Assembly (NCBI GenBank): GCA_963699165.1
Contig: OY969413.1
Span: forward strand, 468,562 to 532,561
DNA length: 64,000 nt
Source: Candidatus Kaiserbacteria bacterium
GTDB taxonomy: Bacteria > Patescibacteriota > Minisyncoccia > Phycocordibacterales > Phycocordibacteraceae
Direction of reading: 5' to 3'
Shown here piece after piece: positions 56,933-64,000 of the stretch. Each line of letters opens with the position of its first letter. The stretch's first letter is position 1. Made by a program: the position numbers and the translations under genes. The notes beneath the pieces are model-generated. The model worked only from the letters and a program-made list of their open reading frames with translations, was not told the origin of the DNA and searched no databases.

Positions 56933-57739
56933 TTATAAAAGTCTTATTTGTGCTAAATGGTCTTTGATTCTTTTCTCTGCCATTTCGCAGTACTCCGGCG
57001 AAATCTCGATACCGACATATTGTCGCCCATGATTAAGAGCTGAAATAGCAGTAGTACCTGAACCCATGAAAGGATCTAGGATTGTTTTAGCAGTAGTTGA
57101 AGATATGATTCTGTCTATCAAATCTACTGGAAAAGCCGCCGGGTGTTCGTTATTCATTTCTTGCGTAAATTCCCACACGTCTCCATGCCCATTTGCTTTC
57201 GGAGCAAGTCTAAAATCTTTTTTCGCGATGAGATAAATAACTTCGTATGTCGGCACAAAATAACCCGGATTAAAATTGAAACCACCTTTCCGGCGCCAGA
57301 TAATTATTTGGCGAACGGGAAAACTGTTCACAATGTCCTGTCGGTCCTGTAATAGTCCGTTTTGCACGCGCCATTTGTGATTATAAAAAATTGCGCCGTC
57401 GTCAGGGATAATCCGCATCATTTCAATAAGGCATCGTCTCTGCCAGTCCACATACTCCTCATGCGGCATGCAGTCATTGTGATGAGAATATCCTTTTTGG
57501 AGTGCAGCGTTCGCCCATTTGCCTCCACGTCCGTCTTTCATTCCGTTGCCAGTAGAATTCTTCAGATTGTACGGAGGCGAAGTTACGACGATGTCGATTG
57601 AACCGTCAGGAATTCTTTTCATTACGTCAACGACATCTCCGCATATGATTTTATTCAAAAAAGTATCGGCAAAAGATGGCTCCTGCCTTTTTTGTGAGAC
57701 AGCGCGTTTTGGTTCCTTTTTAAGAGTAAGCGTAGGCAT
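56933..57739 (-). CDS. Site-specific DNA methyltransferase (N4-C/N6-A, beta class)
   Basis: TSPPYN precedes HPAAFP and LDPFMGSGTT. Confidence 0.92.
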   Translation of the reverse strand: MPTLTLKKEPKRAVSQKRQEPSFADTFLNKIICGDVVDVMKRIPDGSIDIVVTSPPYNLKNSTGNGMKDGRGGKWANAALQKGYSHHNDCMPHEEYVDWQRRCLIEMMRIIPDDGAIFYNHKWRVQNGLLQDRQDIVNSFPVRQIIIWRRKGGFNFNPGYFVPTYEVIYLIAKKDFRLAPKANGHGDVWEFTQEMNNEHPAAFPVDLIDRIISSTTAKTILDPFMGSGTTAISALNHGRQYVGIEISPEYCEMAEKRIKDHLAQIRLL

Positions 57740-57876
57740 ATTGCTTTGGAAATAATACGCGAAAATCCTCGCAAATCCTAGTGGTGTTTGAAAAGCAATA
57801 TGCATTTTTTGCATATTGCTTTTCAATAGATGGCTTACTTTATAGATATTCGAACTGTTGCAAGTTTTGCAACAGC

Positions 57877-57927
57877 TCAACTCTCCCGCTTGCCGTGGAG
57901 GAGGAGGTCGAGGGCGTATTGCATCGA
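57877..57927 (-). repeat. ABC-gene 3'-end remnant 4
   Basis: Encodes SMQYALDLLLHGKRES*(TGA). Confidence 0.92.
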
Positions 57928-57932
57928 AAACA

Positions 57933-58559
57933 TTATTTCTTCTGAAGAACTTCCCATTCCAACTTCAATGCTGACATTCGGTCAAGCAAAATGGGATGAG
58001 AAATATATGGAAGCGCATAAGTATAAAATTCTTCAAACAACGGAATATGTTGTTCCTTTTCATACTCCAATGCCTTTTCAACCGCTTGATATTTATCGAG
58101 CTGTCTTCCGAAAGATGCGGCGGCATCGCCTGAAGATTCAAAGCGAAGCCAAAGTTTCATAATCTCCTCTCCGGCATCCCCCATTCCACTGCAAATTTGC
58201 GTCAATGCTTTCTTTTCATTTTCGAACTTGATTGCTTTCAGCATTTTTCTTTCAGCCTCGTCGATTGTTGTGATGACTTCATCTCCGTGAATTGCCTCCG
58301 GCCAATCGTGCACTTCAAGCATGTCGAACAATCCATCTTTCTCCTCATCGGTGAGATTCCCGAACGAATTCGCCAAAACCCTTAACGCAACTATGTGATC
58401 TTGAACGGTTTCTGGATTTTCAACACCTCTACGTACCCATACGGTCCTAGGCAATTCTCCCAAGGCCTTCCAGACTTCAGGTGCGAGTTGTGCAAATTTA
58501 AGATTAGGCGCTTTCTCACTTTCGCCCGCCGTCTTGGGGTTAGGAAATGATTCATTCAT
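57933..58559 (-). CDS. HD-domain protein (YfbR-like)
   Basis: LPRTVW...ETVQDH, VHDWPEAIHGD, QLDKYQ. Confidence 0.82.
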   Translation of the reverse strand: MNESFPNPKTAGESEKAPNLKFAQLAPEVWKALGELPRTVWVRRGVENPETVQDHIVALRVLANSFGNLTDEEKDGLFDMLEVHDWPEAIHGDEVITTIDEAERKMLKAIKFENEKKALTQICSGMGDAGEEIMKLWLRFESSGDAAASFGRQLDKYQAVEKALEYEKEQHIPLFEEFYTYALPYISHPILLDRMSALKLEWEVLQKK

Positions 58560-58602
58560 TTTACTATTGTAGCTTAGCGGAGAATGAGATTCGACCGGGT
58601 GC

Positions 58603-58660
58603 TCAACTCTCCCTCTTGCCATGAAGGAGGAGGTCGAGGGCGTGCTGCATCGAGCCCGCG
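58603..58660 (-). repeat. ABC-gene 3'-end remnant 3
   Basis: Encodes AGSMQHALDLLLHGKRES*(TGA). Confidence 0.92.
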
Positions 58661-58673
58661 AAACACGGCAGAG

Positions 58674-59132
58674 TTATTTCTCTACGATTCCCAATCGTGA
58701 TATGCCATACTCTTCAAATTCGTCCTCCCACTTAATAATGCAATCTTGCAGTTTCATAAACCGCTCTTCCTGCGTCATTTTTTTCCATTCTTCTTCGCTA
58801 TATCTATTGAAGAAATCCCTATCGCCAAGACGATCTTCAAGTTCATCCCAAAAAGCTTCATCGTCATATTCCTTAATAAGCCGGCTGATTTCAGTATCTT
58901 GTCCTGAAGGGTCGTATTCCAATTGGTGTTCAAATTGCTTGGGAAGGCCAAACAGCGGCGCAAGCGAAAAAACGTAATCCGCAATTTCATTGTATTTATC
59001 CAGATGCGGGTCGTCTTCCCTTCCTGTCCTATGACAATTTGCCATCCAATTCCCGAGGTAAACCAGTTGCGCGAGCGCAATATATTGATCTTTCGTAAAT
59101 TCCAGCGGCACTTTGGGCGTATTTGTCTCCAT
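58674..59132 (-). CDS. Hypothetical acidic protein
   Basis: 152-aa ORF starting 3 nt after the Fic gene. Confidence 0.75.
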   Translation of the reverse strand: METNTPKVPLEFTKDQYIALAQLVYLGNWMANCHRTGREDDPHLDKYNEIADYVFSLAPLFGLPKQFEHQLEYDPSGQDTEISRLIKEYDDEAFWDELEDRLGDRDFFNRYSEEEWKKMTQEERFMKLQDCIIKWEDEFEEYGISRLGIVEK

Positions 59133-59135
59133 AAT

Positions 59136-60083
59136 TTATTTCAGGAGTTGGGTAATGAGCGCGACCATTTGCTCTTTGTTTTTCGGGTCGCTCTCGGCCG
59201 TCAAAAGAGTAAGCGCAGTGAGCGCGCTCGGATTGATATTTCGGGCCGTTTTTACTTTCGCCTTTCGCAAGAACCAGATAAACGCAAAAGCACCCGAGCG
59301 CTTGTTGCCGTCGGTAAACGGATGGTTCTTGACCATGAAATACAGAAGATGTGCGGCCTTTTCTTCGATGCTCGCGTACACCGGCTTCCCGCCAAACGTC
59401 TGCATGACGTTACCGACAATTCCTTCCACATTCCCGGCGGCTCGTTCTTGCGCAAAAATTTCCGTCGCTTCTCCTTTCTTTAAAAGTTCCGAGCGAAGAT
59501 TGGCGATTGCCTCGGTAAGTTCGACGCCGGTGAGCTTAATTGCTTTCTTGGTAATTCCGACCGGCGTGAGCGTACCGCGGTCGTAGGCATCGAGCGAAAT
59601 CCATGTTCCCGAAAACTCTTTTACCAATTCGAGTATCGCTTTCGGATCGAGAACGACGTGTTCGGGCAAAAGCGCCTGAATGTCGCCGACCGACTTCATA
59701 AAGGCATCGTAGTTTTTGCCGATTTGCTTGCGATTGATGGTGTACCCCTTCGTGATGTGCTCGCGAAGCGTCTTGGTCGCCCATTGGCGGAATTCGATGG
59801 CAACTTTCGAATTTGTCCTGTATCCGACGCTTAAAACAACATCCAATGAATACATGGCCGTCGGCTTGAAGGAAGTAATGTGCATTTTTTGCACATTACT
59901 CTTTTCATCAATTTCCTTGTCTGTGAAGATCTTTCTGATGTGTTTTGTGACCACCGAACGTTCAATTCCAAAAACGTCTGCAATCTGGGCTTGTGTCGCC
60001 CAAATGCTCTCGTGTTCGAAATCGCCACGCAGTTCGATTGCGCCATTCTTCGCCTGATATATCACCACCTTATTTTTCGCCAT
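59136..60083 (-). CDS. RhuM / Fic-Doc family protein
   Basis: WATQAQIADVF...SVGYRTNS...FRQWA; HPFTDGNKRSG. Confidence 0.9.
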   Translation of the reverse strand: MAKNKVVIYQAKNGAIELRGDFEHESIWATQAQIADVFGIERSVVTKHIRKIFTDKEIDEKSNVQKMHITSFKPTAMYSLDVVLSVGYRTNSKVAIEFRQWATKTLREHITKGYTINRKQIGKNYDAFMKSVGDIQALLPEHVVLDPKAILELVKEFSGTWISLDAYDRGTLTPVGITKKAIKLTGVELTEAIANLRSELLKKGEATEIFAQERAAGNVEGIVGNVMQTFGGKPVYASIEEKAAHLLYFMVKNHPFTDGNKRSGAFAFIWFLRKAKVKTARNINPSALTALTLLTAESDPKNKEQMVALITQLLK

Positions 60084-60109
60084 ATACCGGCTATTGTATC
60101 ACTGCGGTT

Positions 60110-60161
60110 CTAACTCTCCCTTTTGCCGTGGAGGAGGAGGTCGAGGGCGTGCTGCACGAGC
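60110..60161 (-). repeat. ABC-gene 3'-end remnant 2
   Basis: Encodes QHALDLLLHGKRES*(TAG); 1-nt deletion near the junction. Confidence 0.92.
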
Positions 60162-60209
60162 ACTCGGATGTGACATTGTCTTTTTTATCGTAATTAGTCC
60201 CACTTAGCT

Positions 60210-60746
60210 CTACTTTAAATTCCAAGCATCTTTTCCCGTTTCTAGAATCTTCCGTTCTTTTTCTAACAGCGGGTCATGAACTCGCTCTCTGTCACTTTTC
60301 TCGATAACAGTCCACATCTTGCCCGGCTTTTTTTCTCCACCATCAAGTTTTGGCTTCCTGTAACCTCTATTTAGGTTAATCTGTGCAGCTTTCTCAGCTG
60401 TTTTAATTGGAAGAATATAGCACTGATATTTTGATGGCGATTGAACTGCGACAAAAGCGACATACTGTGCTGTGTAAAATGAATCCTTTCTGTTGAAAAC
60501 GGGCTCTCGTCCACTGATAGTTTCCGAATCGGAATGCCCATACTGAATCCACCATCTGGCACCTATTTTATTGGTCGCGCCTTTCACTTGTATTTGCCAA
60601 GTTTTTCCATTCTTTGCGGCGAGTATATCTGAATTCGCACTCATACCGTCTTTGTTAAGATCCGTTGTGCGGTACCCGCGCGACTCGAGTTCGTTCATGA
60701 CTATTCTCTCGGCAATCTTCCCTATGCTTATTTTATTGAGAGACAT
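60210..60746 (-). CDS. PD-(D/E)xK-like nuclease
   Basis: GKIAE...EL..RG, SDILA, IQVKG. Confidence 0.7.
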   Translation of the reverse strand: MSLNKISIGKIAERIVMNELESRGYRTTDLNKDGMSANSDILAAKNGKTWQIQVKGATNKIGARWWIQYGHSDSETISGREPVFNRKDSFYTAQYVAFVAVQSPSKYQCYILPIKTAEKAAQINLNRGYRKPKLDGGEKKPGKMWTVIEKSDRERVHDPLLEKERKILETGKDAWNLK

Positions 60747-60802
60747 AGCGACTAGATTAACACTGATTGGAATTTAGGTGGAGAGGGTTTTACCACACTT
60801 TG

Positions 60803-60869
60803 TTAACTCTCCCTCTTGCCGTGGAGGAGGAGGTCGAGGGCGTGCTGCATCGAGCCCGCGGAGGTGATT
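60803..60869 (-). repeat. ABC-gene 3'-end remnant 1
   Basis: Encodes ITSAGSMQHALDLLLHGKRES*(TAA). Confidence 0.93.
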
Positions 60870-60895
60870 CCGTGATTCAAGCGAGAAATGTTCTC

Positions 60896-61405
60896 TTAGG
60901 ACAAACGTTCAAGATAGGCATCAATTTCTTTATGTGAGCGCAAAATGAGTACTTTATTTTTGTGTTCATTAATAAATCGACGGAGTTTCGACGCCTTGGT
61001 AAAGGTTCGCTTAATAATTTCCCCGAAGAATAGTACGTCGTCCCAAAAACTCGTTTCTTTATGGCGTTCTCGCGGATGCAACATTCTTTTCCCGTGGCTT
61101 ACTAGCCGTCTCCAAAGTGGGATATCGAGAAAAATAATCTGATCTGCCTGTGCGGCTATAAGATCTTGTATATGCAGATATGTCCCGTCTGAAACCCAAG
61201 ACTCTGCTTTAAGCGCCTCTGTCGCTTTATCTCTCACTCTCGCCCGCACTTGTTGGATAGTCGGCGCCGAACCACCGCTGATGTGTCCGCCACTCTCAAA
61301 CCAAAAACGGTCGAGATGGATGTGCGGTATAGAAAGTTTTTTTGATATCGCTTCAGCAAGCGTCGACTTCCCCGCCGCCGGTAGTCCGACTATATCTATG
61401 CGCAT
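60896..61405 (-). CDS. Adenylate-kinase-like P-loop protein (FlaR/topology modulation family)
   Basis: GLPAAGKSTLA, IHLDRFW, WVSDGTY, ADQIIFLD. Confidence 0.82.
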   Translation of the reverse strand: MRIDIVGLPAAGKSTLAEAISKKLSIPHIHLDRFWFESGGHISGGSAPTIQQVRARVRDKATEALKAESWVSDGTYLHIQDLIAAQADQIIFLDIPLWRRLVSHGKRMLHPRERHKETSFWDDVLFFGEIIKRTFTKASKLRRFINEHKNKVLILRSHKEIDAYLERLS

Positions 61406-61429
61406 GGAAATAAGTATACCGCTTCTACC

Positions 61430-63187
61430 CTAACTCTCCCGCTTGCCATGAAGGAGGAGGTCGAGGGCGTGTTGCATCGAGCCCGCGGAGGTGATTTCGC
61501 CCGAGTTTACGAAGTAGATTTCGTCCGCGTCGCTGATGGTGTTTAGGCGGTGCGCGATAACTACTTTCGTCGTGGTGGCCGGAAGCTTATTTAAAATGTC
61601 TTCAAGCAATTTCTCCGTGACGGTATCGATGTTGGCGGTGGCTTCGTCCAAAATGAGAAGCTCGGGACTTCGAAGCACGGCGCGGATAAATGCGATGAGC
61701 TGTTTTTGCCCCAAGCTTATGGTCTCGCCACCCGACGTGATTTCGGTGTCGAGCCCGCCTTCAAAGCGCTCCAAAAGATTTGCGAGGCCTTCGTCTTTCA
61801 AAATCGCGGCCAACTCTTCGCTTGTGCGATTGAGGTATGCGGCATTGCCGTACACAATGTTGTCGCGCACGGTTCCGGTAAAGAGGAACGGCTCTTGGAG
61901 GAGATAGCCGATTTTTTGCGCGCGCTCGGCCGACTCGTATGCGCGGATGTCTTTACCTTGAAAGAAGACACTGCCTTTGGTCGGGTCGTAAAGCCGCGCC
62001 ATGAGCGAAGCAGTTGTAGTCTTGCCGCCGCCGGTCGGACCAACAAGCGCATAGGTCTTCCCTTTTTCAAGTTTCAAATTGATGTTTTTCAAGATGTCGG
62101 TGCCGTCCGGATAATGGAAAGAAACATCTTTGAATTCGAGCACGAGCGGTGAGTCGGTTTGCTTTGAAGGCACGATGGGCATGTCGGACTCGAGATTCAG
62201 GATATCGGTGATGCGCTGAAGCCCGGCGAGTGCGAGCTGAACGCTCGACCATACGGAAGCAAATTGGCGGAGCGGGTTGTAGAAATTGCTCGTGTAGATA
62301 AGGAAGCTAATGAGAAGTCCGACCGTAAAAATGCCGCTCGAAATGAGATAGATACCGTAAGCAAGCACGATGAGCTGTCCTAAATCGTAGGAGAGATCAA
62401 ACATCGGGCCGAACAGATTGTTCGCGACGCCCGCGCCGATGGAAGCGCGATAGTTTGCCGTATTGCTCTCGTTGAATTTTTCGCGGAAGTAGTCGAGGCG
62501 ATTGAAAGCAATCATCGCTTTGAAGTTTTTGAGGGATTCTTGGATTTCCGCGCTCATGCCGCCCAAGGACTGGAGGCTTTTGAGGTTGCGCGCCTGCACC
62601 CACGGGGAGATGACGCGCACGATGAGGGTGACCATGAGCGCGGGAAGAAGTGCGGCAATCCCGAGCCGCCAGTTGAGCACGATGAGGAAGATGCCGGTGC
62701 CGGTCAGTGTAAAGAGACCGCCGATAAAGCGCGTGAGGGATTCCGCAAACAGCTGGTTGAGCTTCTGCGTGTCGTTGTTGATGCGCGAAATCAGGTCGCC
62801 CGATTTATTTTGATTGAAGAAAACAATCGGCAGCTCCTGCAGTTTATTGAAAATCGAATTGCGCAGTTTGAAAAGAATGCGGATACCGATGCCGCCCATC
62901 GTAAGCGTCTGCACATAGCTTCCGATTCCGCCCACGATGTACACGGCAAGAAGCACACATGATGCAACAAGCACGCCGTGGAAATCTTTTGTTGCTATGA
63001 AATGGTCGATGGTGTAGCCGATGATGAACGGCGCCGCAAGCGAGCTCGCGGACGAAACCAAAATCGCGGCGAGCGACACGAATAGATTGCGTCCTTCGCC
63101 CGCGGTGAGCGCCCAAAGCTTTCGAAGCCCTTGCCCCAAGGACCCCTTCTCACTCTCCGTTTCGGACATATTAAGCTTGTAGTTCAT
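61430..63187 (-). CDS. ABC exporter, permease plus ATP-binding subunit
   Basis: TM domain, GPTGGGKT, ISLGQKQ, LILDEATANID, IAHRL. Confidence 0.93.
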   Translation of the reverse strand: MNYKLNMSETESEKGSLGQGLRKLWALTAGEGRNLFVSLAAILVSSASSLAAPFIIGYTIDHFIATKDFHGVLVASCVLLAVYIVGGIGSYVQTLTMGGIGIRILFKLRNSIFNKLQELPIVFFNQNKSGDLISRINNDTQKLNQLFAESLTRFIGGLFTLTGTGIFLIVLNWRLGIAALLPALMVTLIVRVISPWVQARNLKSLQSLGGMSAEIQESLKNFKAMIAFNRLDYFREKFNESNTANYRASIGAGVANNLFGPMFDLSYDLGQLIVLAYGIYLISSGIFTVGLLISFLIYTSNFYNPLRQFASVWSSVQLALAGLQRITDILNLESDMPIVPSKQTDSPLVLEFKDVSFHYPDGTDILKNINLKLEKGKTYALVGPTGGGKTTTASLMARLYDPTKGSVFFQGKDIRAYESAERAQKIGYLLQEPFLFTGTVRDNIVYGNAAYLNRTSEELAAILKDEGLANLLERFEGGLDTEITSGGETISLGQKQLIAFIRAVLRSPELLILDEATANIDTVTEKLLEDILNKLPATTTKVVIAHRLNTISDADEIYFVNSGEITSAGSMQHALDLLLHGKRES

Positions 63188-64000
63188 AGGCATTGGTGCT
63201 TTTTTGCGATTCGAAAATCTGCGCGTATTCGGGCGACGTTTCGAGCAAATGCTCGTGCGTCCCGCTTGCGAGCACTTCCCCTTCCATAAGCAGAACGATT
63301 TGGTCGTACTTTTCAATCGGCGCAATTTTCTGCGTGACGGAAATGAGCGTGAGCTCCGGATAATTTTTCCGGAGATTTTCCACAATCGTGCGCTCGGTGC
63401 GCACGTCGACGCGCGCAGTGAAGTCGTCGAGAAGCAATACGCGCGGATTGAGCGCGAGCGCGCGGGCAAGCATGAGACGCTGTTTTTGCCCGCCCGAAAT
63501 CGAGGTTCCTCGCTCCGACAAAACGGTATCAAGCCCGTCCGGCAGATTTTGAATAAAGTCCGAGAGCTCCGCCGTCTCAATCGCTTTTTGAATGTCCTCG
63601 TCTTTGACCGTGTTGCTGAAAGCGATATTTTCGCGAAGCGTCAGATTGAAAATGACGCTGTCCTGAAAGACAAAGCCGATTTGATTGTGCAGGGATTTTT
63701 TATCGTATTCGTCTATCGGTTTGCCGTCGTATTTGATGACGCCCTCCTTTGGCTTCAAAAGGCCGATGAGCAGATTCAAAAGCTGTGTCTTCCCTGCGGC
63801 AGTGGGGCCGATAATCGCCGTGCGCGTGCCGGCGGGAACCGAAAGCGAGACATCGCGCAAAATGTCTTTATCGCCGAGAACGAGCGAGACCTGCTCGACA
63901 TCGACATCGCCCTTCAAATCGGCGACAAGCGTGCCGCCCTGCGGTTTGTCGGGGGCAAACAGAACCTGCGCGATGCGCTTATACGAAGCGTCCGCCTGCG
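63171..64000 (-). CDS. ABC exporter partner subunit (partial, runs off window)
   Basis: GPTAAGKT, ISGGQKQR, degenerate LLDDFT; overlaps the next gene, suggesting a heterodimer. Confidence 0.9.
   Translation of the reverse strand, partial: QADASYKRIAQVLFAPDKPQGGTLVADLKGDVDVEQVSLVLGDKDILRDVSLSVPAGTRTAIIGPTAAGKTQLLNLLIGLLKPKEGVIKYDGKPIDEYDKKSLHNQIGFVFQDSVIFNLTLRENIAFSNTVKDEDIQKAIETAELSDFIQNLPDGLDTVLSERGTSISGGQKQRLMLARALALNPRVLLLDDFTARVDVRTERTIVENLRKNYPELTLISVTQKIAPIEKYDQIVLLMEGEVLASGTHEHLLETSPEYAQIFESQKSTNAYELQA

Noticed and set aside
57877-61496. CRISPR array or integron attC interpretation of the five repeats
   Set aside because: The spacers are whole genes of 0.55-1.45 kb, the repeats are non-palindromic in-frame copies of a CDS end, and no cas or intI gene is in the window.
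57877-61496. Diversity-generating retroelement TR/VR pair
   Set aside because: No reverse transcriptase is present, and differences are silent rather than adenine-specific.
63188-63580. Extended start of the ABC gene given in the ORF track
   Set aside because: It overlaps the upstream ABC gene; MNYKLN at 63187 is the more plausible start.

Overview
This looks like a Patescibacteria/CPR (Parcubacteria-like) chromosome segment; the taxonomy is inferred from gene content, a short SMC, tRNA-Ile(UAU) and many apparently leaderless genes. Housekeeping genes (trmD, khpA, rpsP, rnr, smc, htpX, lemA, recG, ftsH, smpB, ssrA, typA, pyk, pgl-like, gnd, ABC transporters) alternate with accessory DNA. The main signal is apparent gene accretion at gene 3' ends with no adjacent integrase. 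Four displaced copies of the last 16-22 codons of an ABC-transporter gene, differing almost only at synonymous sites, separate cargo genes at 57.9-61.5 kb, several of them defence-like. Shorter scars of the same kind follow recG, a SprT/M48 gene and an NRAMP gene. A tRNA-Ser island contains a 3.7-kb serine-recombinase element whose att site lies inside the recombinase gene and which carries a complete second attP in inverted orientation. Other signals are a possible (CT)n phase switch in a surface-protein signal peptide, a 36-bp palindrome inserted in frame in recG, clustered palindromes, tmRNA-derived repeats, an IS481 and a nested IS3. Coordinates and counts were read by eye and no database searches were run.
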